From a bacterium (GTDB lineage: Bacteria; Bacteroidota; Bacteroidia; Bacteroidales; Marinilabiliaceae): 61,133 nucleotides of DNA. The position numbers and the translations under genes were made by a program. The notes below the pieces were generated by a model. That model saw only the letters and a program-made list of their open reading frames with translations, did not search any database and was not told the origin of the DNA. Numbering within the stretch: position 1 is the first letter of the stretch; each line of letters starts with the position of its first letter. The stretch lies in NCBI GenBank assembly GCA_963643535.1, contig CAVILU010000002.1, positions 6,532 to 67,664 of the forward strand, read 5' to 3'. Below are positions 1 through 11,000 of this stretch, piece by piece.

Positions 1-674
1 GGATCTAGTTCGAGGCTCGTGATGCGGTTCTTGGGCATACGGTGGCGCATTGTGCCGTTGGCTGCCCAAGGAGAGCGGGCCTCGACCTCGGCTGCCGTAA
101 GCCTCCTGCGTGGCTCGGGCAGCTCTACTTTCTCCATCATCTGGCCAATGGTGCCATCGGCAAGTATCATGGCGGGGTTGCGGTACTCAAATGCCCAGTC
201 GAAGGCCAGGGACACAAAGTCCGCCATCTCCTGGACGCTCGCCGGGGCAAGTGTGAAGACGTGGTAATCACCATGGCCGCCACCGCGCACCGCCTGGTAG
301 TAATCGCCTTGGCTGGGCTGGATTGTGCCGAGACCTGGACCGCCGCGCATGACGTTCACGATGAGGCACGGCAAGTTTGCGCCGCACATATATGATATGC
401 CTCCCTGCATGAGGCTGATGCCTGGTCCCGAGGATGAGGTCATCGCCATGCGGCCCGTGGCTGCGGCTCCATACACCATGTGTATCGCGCCAACCTCACT
501 CTCTACCTGCATGACGGTCATGCCTGTAGTCTTCCATGGTCTCTCGGCCATGAGGGTCTCCATAATCTCGCTTTGGGGGGTTATGGGGTAGCCGAAGTAG
601 GCGTCGGCGCCGCACCGTATGGCAGCCATGGCGAGTGCCTCGTTGCCTTTCATTAGTCTGACGTCTCCGCTCAT
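1..674 (-). CDS. 2-oxoacid:ferredoxin oxidoreductase alpha subunit (KorA/VorB-like), N-terminal about 224 codons; gene runs off the left edge
   Basis: Hand translation of the minus strand from ATG at 672-674 gives MSGDVRLMKGNEALAMAAIRCGADAYFGYPITPQSEIMETL...MTSSSGPGISLMQGGISYM...RGGPGLGTIQPSQGDY. This is typical of the alpha-subunit N-terminus. It has an ATGA overlap with the upstream ferredoxin ORF. It is absent from the ORF track because there is no stop inside the window. Confidence 0.8.
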   Translation of the reverse strand, partial: MSGDVRLMKGNEALAMAAIRCGADAYFGYPITPQSEIMETLMAERPWKTTGMTVMQVESEVGAIHMVYGAAATGRMAMTSSSGPGISLMQGGISYMCGANLPCLIVNVMRGGPGLGTIQPSQGDYYQAVRGGGHGDYHVFTLAPASVQEMADFVSLAFDWAFEYRNPAMILADGTIGQMMEKVELPEPRRRLTAAEVEARSPWAANGTMRHRMPKNRITSLELD

Positions 675-1006
675 TCCTTTTTCTGTAGCTCCTCCTGAAG
701 CATTTGTGGCACCCTGCTCTTGCGGAACACCGTTATGCACCCGTCGGGGCAAATCAGTGCGCAGCTCGCACAGCCTATGCACCTGTCGGCGTATATCTGC
801 TCCGAGTGGCGGAAGCCTCGCAGGTTGACGCCGTCCGACAGGCGCAGCGTGTGGGCCGGGCATTCATATACGCACAGCTCACATCCTTTGCATCGCTCGG
901 CGTCGATCTCCACCACGCCTTGCTGCAGGGTGGCGTGGACCGCCCGCAGGACAACTTGGTGTGCTCCGTCGGCTATGCCGCCTTTGCCTTTTATCTTTTC
1001 GGTCAT
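671..1006 (-). CDS. 4Fe-4S dicluster ferredoxin (delta subunit of 2-oxoacid:ferredoxin oxidoreductase)
   Basis: 111-aa ORF with two CxxCxxCxxxCP motifs (CKGCELCVYECP and CIGCASCALICP). It is translationally coupled to the downstream alpha subunit. Confidence 0.85.
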   Translation of the reverse strand: MTEKIKGKGGIADGAHQVVLRAVHATLQQGVVEIDAERCKGCELCVYECPAHTLRLSDGVNLRGFRHSEQIYADRCIGCASCALICPDGCITVFRKSRVPQMLQEELQKKE

Positions 1007-1402
1007 TGTCGTTTCTTATCGCAAACGAATGCAAAGAAAATTGTGTCGCTTGCGCTGCGCAACATAAGTGTTGCACCTATTCCCCAAAAGTGGCTTTGTT
1101 GCCCGTTTTTGGGGTGAAATCGCGAAATCAGGGGCGAGCCGCGTGACTCCTTTGGGGCGACAGGGACGAAAATCACGTGCCCAATTGTGCCGAATAGTTA
1201 AAATGAAATGCGTGCCATACGTAAAAATCCCACCCCTCCCCACACCGCAAAACAACTCTCGCAAAATCGCCCGAAAGACAAAATCATAATGATGTATAGT
1301 CCCCCAACTCCCCCAAAAATCCAATCCTCAAACCCCGCCGACGAGAATATGGACCTCCCAGGCAATCCCAACAAATAGATCCCCACTTTGTCTCAAAAAG
1401 CG

Positions 1403-1442
1403 CACAAAAAAGGTCGCCAGGCTCAAAACAAGCCTGACGACC
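1403..1442 (-). terminator. Rho-independent terminator of the SGNH esterase gene
   Basis: Hairpin ggtcgccaggct/agcctgacgacc (one mismatch) with a 7-nt loop. On the minus strand it is followed by a T-tract (plus strand shows cacaaaaaa at 1403-1411). Confidence 0.6.
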
Positions 1443-1471
1443 ATATGAAATTATGATAATAAGGTGTGCCC

Positions 1472-2284
1472 TTACTTCACCAAGTGAGCCCCGAGCTCAG
1501 GCACGAGCTGGCCAATCTCCTCAGCGGCCATACGCGATACCTTTGTCGCTCCCTCTATATTTAGGTGTGTGTTGTCCTTCTTGCCGTCGGGGTAAGCCTC
1601 TACGGTGCCGGGCTCTGCCCATACGTAGAGCTCGCGGCTCCTGACGGGGCCATAGCTCTGTACGAGGTCGTGCGTCTTCTTATTCATGTCGATAAAGAGT
1701 GCACCCTCCTCCTCCGCTGCTTTCTGCGCTGCGGCAAGGTACTCTCCGTGAGTCTCGATAAGGCTGTCGCCTTCGGCCTCAAGCTGATCCGATTGGCCTG
1801 CCTTGTCGTCCTGTGCCACGGCGTCGGATACTATGGCAAAGTTGCGGCGGACAATAGAGTTACATATAATAGGTGTGGCGCCTTTCTCCTTGGCCTCGCG
1901 GGCGAAGCGTCGGAGGTTGGCAATGTAGTCGCCCCATGGCTCGGTGTGACGCGCCGTGTCGGCCTTCTCGTCGTTGTGACCGAACTGGATTATCACGTAG
2001 TCGCCAGGCGTGAGGGAGTCGCGGACCGCATCCCAACGGCCCTGATCGATGAAGCTCTTGGTGGAGCGGCCATTGATGGCGTGGTTAGAGACCACAACCA
2101 TGGTGTCGAAGCAGAGAGGCAGCATCTGTCCCCAGCCGCGCTCCTGGTTGCCCTTGGCGGTCGGCTTGTTTGCCATGGTCGAGTCGCCAATCATGTAGAT
2201 CTTCTTCTTGGATTCGGGAGTCTGCGTGCACGCCACGAGAGCCGCGAGTCCGGCCATAGCTATGGCCTTGATTGCTGTTTTCAT
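1472..2284 (-). CDS. SGNH/GDSL hydrolase lipoprotein (rhamnogalacturonan acetylesterase-like)
   Basis: Motifs IYMIGDSTMA (GDS block), GWGQ, INGRS, FGHNDE and DNTHL. I chose the start at MKTAIKAIAMAGLAALVAC (lipobox LVAC) rather than the longest ORF (2332). Confidence 0.8.
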   Translation of the reverse strand: MKTAIKAIAMAGLAALVACTQTPESKKKIYMIGDSTMANKPTAKGNQERGWGQMLPLCFDTMVVVSNHAINGRSTKSFIDQGRWDAVRDSLTPGDYVIIQFGHNDEKADTARHTEPWGDYIANLRRFAREAKEKGATPIICNSIVRRNFAIVSDAVAQDDKAGQSDQLEAEGDSLIETHGEYLAAAQKAAEEEGALFIDMNKKTHDLVQSYGPVRSRELYVWAEPGTVEAYPDGKKDNTHLNIEGATKVSRMAAEEIGQLVPELGAHLVK

Positions 2285-2547
2285 TTGGTTTGGTGTTGTA
2301 ATTTTTTGTGGTTTTTGTTGCTCCGGAGGCAATATTTCTTCACCTCCGTCGTTAACATATAAAGCAAAAATAGTCAGCTTTCGCGGCCTAATGTCACTTT
2401 ATGTGGCAAAAATGAAAAAAAATGGCCGGCGGAGTTCGCCCGCGCTGAAATATTTGCTAACTTGGTACTCGATTTCGAGCGCATTCTGCGGTGGTTTGCG
2501 CCTCGAGATTGTCGCATTGCTTGTAGTTACGTAAAGTTTAACAACTT

Positions 2548-3240
2548 ATGGAAGCCAAAAAGACACCAAAGGCCGACTTGGAGAACAAGAAGATTCTCTT
2601 CACCGAGATCGGTCTGGCTGTGGCCCTCGGCATCACTCTGGCTGCCTTCGAGTGGACTTCTCAGGATGTCACCATCCAGAACCTTGAGGTCCAGCAAGAG
2701 GAGGTAGTCGAGGAGGAAATGATTCCTGTGACCACACAGGATCAGGTCAAACCGCCACCACCACCACCTCCCCCACCACCAGTGGCGGAGTCTCTCAATA
2801 TCGTCGACGACAACACCGAGGTAGCTGAAGATTTCGACTTCAACTCCGAGATGGATGAGAATACCGAGGTCGAGATCCGTGAGGTCGAGGCTGAGGTCGT
2901 CGAGGAGGAGGAGCCTGCTGAGCAGGAGGTCTTCCTTATCGTTGAGCAGATGCCCGTCTTCCCAGGTGGCGACACCGAGCTCCGCAAATACCTCGCATCC
3001 GCTGTCAAGTATCCCGTTATCGCGGCTGAGAACGGCATCCAGGGTCGTGTATTCGTTAAGTTCGTCATCGCTCCCGATGGTTCTGTCACCAATGTCGAGG
3101 TCGCTCGTCCTTTCGACCCGAACCTTGATAAGGAGGCAGTCCGCGTCGTCAAGTCCATGCCTAAGTGGACCCCTGGCAAGCAGCGTGGTAAGGCTGTACG
3201 CGTATCCTACACTGTGCCTATCAACTTCGTCCTCCAGTAG
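2548..3240 (+). CDS. tonB: Energy transducer TonB
   Basis: N-terminal TM anchor, PPPPPPPPPP linker, acidic region, and a C-terminal TonB domain (EQMPVFPGGDTELRKYL...GIQGRVFVKFVIAPDGSV...SMPKWTPGKQRGKAVRVSYTVPINF). Confidence 0.85.
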   Translation: MEAKKTPKADLENKKILFTEIGLAVALGITLAAFEWTSQDVTIQNLEVQQEEVVEEEMIPVTTQDQVKPPPPPPPPPPVAESLNIVDDNTEVAEDFDFNSEMDENTEVEIREVEAEVVEEEEPAEQEVFLIVEQMPVFPGGDTELRKYLASAVKYPVIAAENGIQGRVFVKFVIAPDGSVTNVEVARPFDPNLDKEAVRVVKSMPKWTPGKQRGKAVRVSYTVPINFVLQ

Positions 3241-3280
3241 TCCCGCGACTGCTTGAGCCCGATTTAGGTGCAAAAGCATT

Positions 3281-3318
3281 AGCCCGATACTCTATTTCTT
3301 GAGTGTCGGGCTTTTTTG
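3281..3318 (+). terminator. Rho-independent terminator after tonB
   Basis: agcccgatactc / gagtgtcgggct stem (one G:U) with an 8-nt loop, followed by tttttt. Confidence 0.65.
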
Positions 3319-3327
3319 TGTCCTTAC

Positions 3328-3522
3328 TTCATTATAATGCCAGACGGCTCCGCCAAAGACGCCCATGTTGTAAAATCTGTGCACCCGTACCCCGATATGG
3401 ATGCGCTCCGCGTCGTCAATGCCATGCCACTCTAGATCCCTGGCAAAATGAAAGATGGCTCAGTGAAGGGAAGAACTCAATAGGCAGTGCCCATAAATTT
3501 CAAACTCGGGAAAGGTAAGTGA
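3328..3522 (+). pseudogene. Relic of a second TonB C-terminal domain, with two in-frame stops and no start
   Basis: One frame reads FIIMPDGSAKDAHVVKSVHPYPDMDALRVVNAMPL*IPGKMKDGSVKGRTQ*AVPINFKLGKGK*. It is collinear with the intact TonB C-terminus FVIAPDGSVTNVEVARPFDPNLDKEAVRVVKSMPKWTPGKQRGKAVRVSYTVPINFVLQ. Confidence 0.55.
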
Positions 3523-3617
3523 CATTATCGCCCTGAGTTTGGCACGAATTTCCCTCTCCCCTTATCTGAAGAAATTTAAAAATTGCTATTTCCAATTGTC
3601 AATCCGCTTTTACATAC

Positions 3618-3625
3618 TAACTTTG
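3618..3625 (+). promoter_or_regulatory. Candidate Bacteroidetes -7 promoter box for panC
   Basis: TAACTTTG matches TAnnTTTG. An ATTG -33-like element ends 19 nt upstream (3595-3598). It lies about 75 nt before the panC ATG. Confidence 0.35.
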
Positions 3626-3698
3626 CGCCCGGTTGGCCAAATACCTCTTTGCCGCTAACCCATACAATAAGAGAACCAAACATTTAGCACTAAAATAA

Positions 3699-4544
3699 AT
3701 GGAAGTCATCAGCACGGTCGCGGAGCTCAAGGCCCGCGTGGCAGATGCCCGTAAGGCCGGACAAACGGTCGGCCTCGTACCCACAATGGGTGCCCTCCAC
3801 GTCGGTCACCTCTCGCTCGTCAAGAAAGCTTGCGCCGAGAACGGTTTCGTCGTCGTCAGCGTCTTTGTCAATCCCACTCAGTTCAATAACCCCGAGGACC
3901 TCCGCACATACCCGCGTACCCTCGATGCCGATGTGGCGCTCCTCACGGCCAACACGTCAGCAAATATAGTCTTCGCCCCCACGGCTGAGGAGATCTATCC
4001 CACCCCCGACACCCGCGTCTTCGACCTTGGTCCTGTAGCCGAGGTCATGGAGGGCGCACACCGTCCCGGTCACTTCAACGGCGTTTGCCAAATTGTCTCC
4101 AAGCTCTTCGCTTACGTCTCGCCCGACAAGGCTTACTTCGGCGAGAAGGACTTCCAGCAGATTGCCGTCATCAAGCAGATGGTGCATATGTGCGACTTCA
4201 AGCTCGATATCGTAGAGTGCCCCATTGTCCGTGAGGACGACGGTCTCGCCGTCTCCAGCCGCAACACCCTCCTGACTCCCGAGCATCGCCAGGCCGCTCC
4301 CCATATCCACGAGGTTCTCGAAGCCTCCAAGGCTCTCAAGGCAGAGAAGTCTCCCGCCGAGCTCATCGAGTGGACTGTGGCAAAAATCAATGAGAACCCC
4401 CTCCTCGTGGTCGAGTACTACGAGATCGTGGACGCTCTCACCCTCCAGCCCATCAAAGCATGGAGCGAAAGCGACGCCCCCCATGGCTGCATCACAGTCC
4501 AGGCTGGCAACGTCCGCCTCATCGACAACATCTCCCTCAAGTAG
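3699..4544 (+). CDS. panC: Pantoate--beta-alanine ligase
   Basis: VPTMGALHVGHLSLV, FVNPTQFN and YFGEKDFQQ signatures. Confidence 0.95.
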   Translation: MEVISTVAELKARVADARKAGQTVGLVPTMGALHVGHLSLVKKACAENGFVVVSVFVNPTQFNNPEDLRTYPRTLDADVALLTANTSANIVFAPTAEEIYPTPDTRVFDLGPVAEVMEGAHRPGHFNGVCQIVSKLFAYVSPDKAYFGEKDFQQIAVIKQMVHMCDFKLDIVECPIVREDDGLAVSSRNTLLTPEHRQAAPHIHEVLEASKALKAEKSPAELIEWTVAKINENPLLVVEYYEIVDALTLQPIKAWSESDAPHGCITVQAGNVRLIDNISLK

Positions 4545-4613
4545 TCCAAATCTCCCGGACTACCCACATCAAAAATATACAATTACACTAACCATATAGC
4601 ATCAGCACTGCCC

Positions 4614-4967
4614 ATGTTCGTCACTCTGATGAAGTCCAAGATCCACGACGTGTCGGTAACGCAAAGCGACCTCAACTACGTCGGCAGCATCACCATCGAT
4701 GAGGATCTTATGGACGCCGCTGGCATCTTCCGCAACGAGAAGGTGCAGGTGGTCGATAACAACAACGGTGAGCGTTTCGAGACCTACGCCATAGCTGGTG
4801 AGCGAGGCTCGGGTGTCATCTGCCTCAATGGCGCGGCGGCTCGCAAGGTGGCCGTTGGCGACGTGGTCATCATTATGGCTTATGCCATGATGACTACCGA
4901 CGAGGCCGCTACGTTCAAACCGAAAGTGATTTTCCCCGATACGCTTACCAACAAGATTTTGCATTAA
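4614..4967 (+). CDS. panD: Aspartate 1-decarboxylase (pyruvoyl-dependent)
   Basis: [29 protein letters not shown] contains the G-S self-cleavage site. Length is 117 aa. Confidence 0.95.
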   Translation: MFVTLMKSKIHDVSVTQSDLNYVGSITIDEDLMDAAGIFRNEKVQVVDNNNGERFETYAIAGERGSGVICLNGAAARKVAVGDVVIIMAYAMMTTDEAATFKPKVIFPDTLTNKILH

Positions 4968-7846
4968 TGCGTGTCAGTCTCGGGCGTTGGCTCGATAGAT
5001 TAAAAAGCCTGGCAGACGGCGGTCTTCTCGTCTTCTGCCTGGCTTTTGCCGTATATGTGCTCACCGTCGGTCCCGATGTCTCGCTTTGGGACTCCGGCGA
5101 GTTTGTCTGTTGCGCCGTAGGGCTCGATGTGGGGCATCCGCCTGGTGCGCCGCTCTATTGGTTGGTCTTGCGTCTGGCCACTATGTTTGTGCCTGCCGTC
5201 TATGCCGCCTTGGCTTGCTCTGTCGTCTCGGCTCTCTGCTGTGCAGGTGCCGCGGCGGTGCTCTCGCTCGTTGTGCGTGAGCTTCTGATGTGGTGGTCCG
5301 AGGGCTCGGGCTCCTCTCCCTCGCGATTGTCGCTTTTCGTTGCGCAGACATCCGCAGGCCTCGCTTGGGCTTGGGCGGACAGTGTCTGGGCTGTGGCTGT
5401 CGAGACTGAGGTATATGGCGCGGCGTGCCTCCTCGGTTTCTCTGTACTTCTGCTCGCTTTGCGTTGGCGGCGCATTGGTGATTGGCGTATGCTTGCCCTT
5501 GCTTGCCTCTTCGTGGGCTTCCTGGCTGGTGTGCATTGGCTGGGGTGGCTCGTGTTGCCGTTGGCTGCCGCTGTCGTTGGCAATCTGTGGGGGCGGCGTG
5601 GCATGATCGTGGGCTTCCTCGCAGGCTGTGTGGCTGTGCCTATTCTCGCTTGGCTCGCTTCGGGGCATTTCTTCGATTTTGCCGCGATGTGCGATTTTGC
5701 GGCTGTCAACCTTCTTGGCTTGCCTGTGGGTGTCGGTTGGGCTCTCGGCACGGTGCTTGTCGTGGCTCTGCTGCTTGGCCTTGCCGTCTATTGGCGCGGG
5801 CGTAGGGTGGGGGATTGCGCTCTTGCCGTGGTGCTTGTCTCTGTCGGTTTTCTCTCGTTTGCTTTGCCGCTTCTTCGCAGTGGCTCTGTCGCCGTCAGCG
5901 TGAGCTCTCCTTCTGATGCTCAACGCCTTTCGGATTATATGGGGCGCAGTCAATATGGCTCTCGCCCGCTTTTTTATGGACCCACGTACGCTTCCCGTCC
6001 CGACGGTTTCGAGTCCGAAGTCTCTATGCGATACGATGCCGCGGAAGACCGCTATATCCCCACTGAGCAGGTGACCGACTATTCCTACCCGTCGGATCAG
6101 AAGTCCCTATTCCCCCGAATGACCCTCACGGACGACGAGGCCCGTTGGGCATACAATATCTGGGCAAGCCCCGACGGTTGGCCGGACTCCATACCCTCCC
6201 TTGGCGAAAACATCCGCTTCCTCCTCTCGTACCAAATGGGCCATATGATGGCTCGCTACGTGATGTGGAATTTCTGCGGCAGGCAAAACTCTCGCATTGG
6301 CGACGGTGGCTATCTCAGTGGCAATTTCATTTGCGGTATCCCAGCCATCGACCGTGCCCGCATCCATCTCGAGGAGTACGATTCGCCCTCCGAAGGACGT
6401 TATGCGCTTTATGGCATACCCCTCATTCTCATTCTTATAGGCTGCGTCCTGACGGTACGCAATGCGCCCCTCCGAATCTCGCTACTCCTCCTTGCGTGGG
6501 TTGCCATTGCCGGTCCCGGTCTCGCTTTCTATGTCGATATGCCGCCCTACGAACCCCGTGAGCGCGATTATATCTTTATCACTCTCTTCGCCGTGCTCTG
6601 CATCTTTGTCGGCGTTGCTCTTTGGCGATTCTTCCTTCTTGCGGAGCGTTGGCTGGCCGCCGTCTCGGATGGTTGGCGTATGAGGGGTAGGCGCATTGTG
6701 GCCTGTGTTGCCGCTTTTGCTGTGCCGGCTCTTATGGCTGTCGGGGGCTATGCCCCCCACGACCGTTCGGGTGACACTCTCGTCTCCGATATGGCAAAGA
6801 GCGTCCTCGACCTCTGTCCTGCCGATGGCGTGGTAGTTGTCGGAGGAGACAACGATACATACCCGCTTTGGTATGCGCAGCAGGTTCTTGGCTATCGCCG
6901 CGATGTGCGTGTGGTCAACTTCGGTTTGCTCTCTGCCGATTGGTATGTGGCTTCGCTTACTCGTGCCGGGCGTGGCAATGCCCCGTTGCGTATGCGCCAT
7001 GCCGACCTTGCTTCTCGCCTCCGTCTGCAGTCCACGTGGCTCTTGCCTGGCGGCCCCGACACCCTCGAACTCAAGGGTTTGCGCCCTGCTTCGGAGACTG
7101 TTCTTGGCCAGAGTTTCTACCTCCCGTCCGATGCCTTGTGGCTACCCTTCGCGGATACGTCCGTAGTAGTCCGCGTCGCCAAGGAGTCCCTCGAACCCGC
7201 GGAGCTACTCCTCCTGGAGATGGCAGCTGAAAATCCCGCTCGCCGCATCTGCCTGATGCCCAATGTCGTACCTGCGGAGAATCTCGGCCTGAGTCCTTAT
7301 CTCAAGAATATTGGTCCCGTGGCATATCTCGTGCCCGATACCAACGACATATCGCCCCTCGGCCGTTGGCAACTTTTCAATGGCGCCATGCGTCTGCCCG
7401 ATGCCGCTGCCTACTCGCCATCATCCGATGAGGTTGATCAGCTCGACCGCCTTTGCTTGCGCCGTTTTTGTAATGACGTGGCTGAGGATGCCCTAGCTCG
7501 TGCAGATGCAGGGTCGGCTCTCTATGCCTTGCGCTCGTCACTTTCTTGGCTGCCAATGTCCCTCGGAACCATTGATGCTGAGTCTCTTCGTGCGGCCCGC
7601 TTGCTCCATAGTGCTGGAGACCGTTACCTCGCCCGTCGTGCATTGACTGATATCGCGTCCCGTTGCTCCCTGACTCTACGTCGCGCACAGGCTTTGGCTG
7701 ATGGTGCCCCTGCCACGTCGCGCGCGCTTGTTGATGGCGTGGCGCCGCTTACTCTCGACCTTGTGGATGTGCTCCGCGAGACGGGTAACGACGACGTCGC
7801 CCTTGGCCTTGCCAATCTTATTGGATCTTTGCCCGTGGCGCAATAG
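4967..7846 (+). CDS. DUF2723-type polytopic membrane protein (putative GT-C fold glycosyltransferase)
   Basis: N-terminal motif DVSLWDSGEF...GHPPGAPLY, more than 10 hydrophobic helices, and a large C-terminal soluble helical region. The start overlaps the panD stop (TAATG). Confidence 0.75.
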   Translation: MRVSLGRWLDRLKSLADGGLLVFCLAFAVYVLTVGPDVSLWDSGEFVCCAVGLDVGHPPGAPLYWLVLRLATMFVPAVYAALACSVVSALCCAGAAAVLSLVVRELLMWWSEGSGSSPSRLSLFVAQTSAGLAWAWADSVWAVAVETEVYGAACLLGFSVLLLALRWRRIGDWRMLALACLFVGFLAGVHWLGWLVLPLAAAVVGNLWGRRGMIVGFLAGCVAVPILAWLASGHFFDFAAMCDFAAVNLLGLPVGVGWALGTVLVVALLLGLAVYWRGRRVGDCALAVVLVSVGFLSFALPLLRSGSVAVSVSSPSDAQRLSDYMGRSQYGSRPLFYGPTYASRPDGFESEVSMRYDAAEDRYIPTEQVTDYSYPSDQKSLFPRMTLTDDEARWAYNIWASPDGWPDSIPSLGENIRFLLSYQMGHMMARYVMWNFCGRQNSRIGDGGYLSGNFICGIPAIDRARIHLEEYDSPSEGRYALYGIPLILILIGCVLTVRNAPLRISLLLLAWVAIAGPGLAFYVDMPPYEPRERDYIFITLFAVLCIFVGVALWRFFLLAERWLAAVSDGWRMRGRRIVACVAAFAVPALMAVGGYAPHDRSGDTLVSDMAKSVLDLCPADGVVVVGGDNDTYPLWYAQQVLGYRRDVRVVNFGLLSADWYVASLTRAGRGNAPLRMRHADLASRLRLQSTWLLPGGPDTLELKGLRPASETVLGQSFYLPSDALWLPFADTSVVVRVAKESLEPAELLLLEMAAENPARRICLMPNVVPAENLGLSPYLKNIGPVAYLVPDTNDISPLGRWQLFNGAMRLPDAAAYSPSSDEVDQLDRLCLRRFCNDVAEDALARADAGSALYALRSSLSWLPMSLGTIDAESLRAARLLHSAGDRYLARRALTDIASRCSLTLRRAQALADGAPATSRALVDGVAPLTLDLVDVLRETGNDDVALGLANLIGSLPVAQ

Positions 7847-8019
7847 CAAGTCTTTTAGTCGCTTGCGGTTTTTTCGTCTTTTTGTTGAAAAAATATCCGT
7901 GTTTTACCGAAACATAACGATATGTTTTCCCGTATAATCGAGAAAGGCGCGTCTCGTTCCGAGCTATAGTCCCTCCATTCCTCCTAGATGCGCAGTAAGT
8001 AGTGTAACTCTGTTTCGTC

Positions 8020-11000
8020 ATGGCTGGAAGTAACCCTATATTAGAGCGTTTGTCGCAAAGTGGTGTCTTTTTCTGGGACGCCTCGCAAAGTCGAGAATTC
8101 GAGGTGAGCGAAAGCTTCCGCGAGTTTCTCGGGCTCAGCAGCTGCAAGTTCGGCATCACGGAGCTTCGCCAGTTCTTGAGCGAGGAGGCTGTCGAATCGT
8201 CTTTCCGCAAGTCGGGACTCGGTGAGAACGAGTGGCACACTTTCTGGACCGTTGGAGGGAAAGACTATGGTATGCGTATCGTAAGGGTAAAGCAATATTA
8301 CGACGCTAAAGGTTTCCGTCACTCAATAGGCACCGCCACACTCGACAACGACGATTCGAGCAAATCTATCATTACCCCGCGCTCACTCGACGCCCCCATA
8401 TCCATTTTCGACGGCAATGCGGCAGGCTACTACCAACGCCAAATGGGCAACGGCAGGGCCGCCACCTACGACCTCATTGCCGATATGAACAAGGCCTTCC
8501 GTTCCCACTTCCCGCCCGATGTGATGGTGTCCATTTGGGAAAAGATTGGCGACGAGTTTGTGTGCGTCTCCGTGGCCGGCCAGATTGCGACAGCTCAGCG
8601 CCACGATGTCTTCCATGCCGGTTTCCGCTGCAAGTCTAAAGTGATGGATCTGGTTTGCAAGAACTATGGCGTCCAAATGTTCGAATCGCTTGAGGATTAT
8701 CGTGGCGTGTCCGACCGTGAGGTGCAAGGCCTCTTGGATTCGGGTTGGCACAACGGTGCCATATGCACCATCCGCTCTATCGACTCTGGCGGCGCATGGG
8801 GCTTCGTCTCTTGTGGGTCTATAAGGCAGCGCACTTGGCGCAACGAGGAGAAACAGCGAATCCAGCTTCTCTCCGACTCGCTCTCCGTCCTTATGGCTCA
8901 GACGAGTGCCTACCAGCAGGTGTTCCATAATCTTGTCATCTCGCAACTCGCATGTGAGGCTGGCGGCTTCTCCACTTGGCAGTGGGACGTCGTGGCCCAT
9001 AAGCGTACGCTGCTTCTGACCGACGGCTCAATGCTCGAAGTCCCATATGACCTCAATGTCCATCATGACGATCGCGACGCATATCTCGCGGCCTTCGCTG
9101 ATGTTGTGGAGGGCAACAAGGCCACCTTCAGCCTGCGCCTGCGCATGCGACAGACGGCGAGCAACAAGACGAAGTGGTTCGACGTGATGTGCAAGGCCGT
9201 AACCTATGGTGCCGATGGCCATGCGGAGAGCATCGTTGGTATCGCACGAGATATAGATGAGCAGGTTCGAGCCGAGGAAATTAAGCAAAAGGAGGTCGAT
9301 CGTCGCAACGAGATTTACGACAAACTCCCTGCCATTATCGCTTTCTGCGACGTCAATGGAGTCCAGAAATACATCAATCAGCGCGCAGTGGAGACCCTTG
9401 GCGTACGCTCCCTTGAGGATCGCTATGGCATCAACTTCTTCGACTGCCCATTGCTTACCGACGACCAGCGGAACCTTATCCGCACCCGCGACTCCTGCTC
9501 TATAGACCTTATATACGACTTCAAGAAAATACGCGAGTCCGGCTACTACCGCACCTCGCGCAACGACTCCATAGAGCTCACCATCCGCTCCGCAAAGCTC
9601 TACTCCGGAGGGGTCATGACGGGCTATCTCTTCGTCTACGTCGACCGCTCTCTCCAGGCGGCCCAAGAGAGGCGCATCAGCCTCCTCGACGGTTTCTTTG
9701 CCGAGATTGGCCGTGTGTCCAAAATCGGCGTCTGCCAGTTCGGACAGGGCGGATTTGTCTCTTCGCAGTGGAACCACAATCTCGCCATGGGCGACTCGCT
9801 CGTACCGTTTAGGTCTTTGGCATCTGAGGCTGCCGATGCTGCGGATCTCGACCGCGTCAACAAGGCTGTCGCCGAACTCTATGTCAATAAGTCTGGCCTA
9901 TGCACCAATCAAGTGCGTGTCCGACAGTCCGATGGCCAGCACGTGGTAAACATCCACTGCTCTTTCTCTTCGATTGTCAACGAGGTGGTCGCCATCTCCG
10001 TAGATGTCACCGAGCAAGAGGAACGTGAGGAGGCCATTGTCCGCGCGCTTCGCAAGAGCGAGCAAGTAGAGAGTCTCCGCTCCCAGTTCTTCAACAATGT
10101 CAGCCACGAGCTCCGCACCCCGCTCAACGCCATTGTCGGCTTCTCCGACCTCATAGCGCAGACCCAGACCGAAGGCGAACTCGCTCGCTACGCCGCAATT
10201 ATCCGCCGCAACAACGAGCAGCTCCTCAATCTCGTGGACGGCATCATGGAGCTCTCGCAGCTCCAGACGGGTAACCTCCGTTTCGTCCGACGAATGATTG
10301 AGGTCGATGCCATCGTCTCCGAGTCTTTCGACCGCATGGACGGACGGCAGAACCAAGGCGTACAGTTCATTGCGACTCACGACCCGAAACTCCGCAATTT
10401 CCGTGTCTCGCTCGACGCTGTCACTACAACCCAGATTGTCAGCAAACTCATCTCCAACGCCTTCAACGCCACCACGAGCGGCTGCGTAATGCTTTGGGCT
10501 ACCGTCGAGAGCGACTACGTGTATTTCCATGTCTCCGACACCGGCTCGGGCATCCCCGATGATAAGCTTAAGGCTATCTTCGATGTCTTTGTCAAGGTCG
10601 ACGAGTTTGCTGTCGGTGCTGGCCTCGGACTCCCGATATGTCGTGAGATGGCTCGTCAGCTGGGCGGCGACATCGGCTATGAGACTACTTTGGGCAAGGG
10701 CTCGCATTTCTGGCTCAAGTTGCCTATCCTTGTCGCTGGTGCTCCCGATTCTTCCGACGGCGGCTCGTCCCATAATGTTGTCGTAATGCCGCATTGGCAG
10801 GGTCTCTCACTCTCCGTGTCGCTCCTCATGTCGAGGTGCAATGTCTTCAGTTGCACTCGCTCCGAACTGTCTAAAGTCTGGATGGACAACCGCCCCGAGC
10901 TTGCGATTCTCGATGTCCGTGAGTGCCCCGATGTCATCCTTCGCTTTATCGAGAACATACGCTCCTTTGGCGATAAGTATAAGATCATTGTCGTCAATAC

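Noticed and set aside
2751-2785. A CCA/CCN repeat run, considered as a possible slipped-strand phase-variation tract.
   Set aside because: It encodes the poly-Pro linker typical of TonB. The codons are mixed (ccg cca cca cca cca cct ccc cca cca cca) rather than forming a pure microsatellite.
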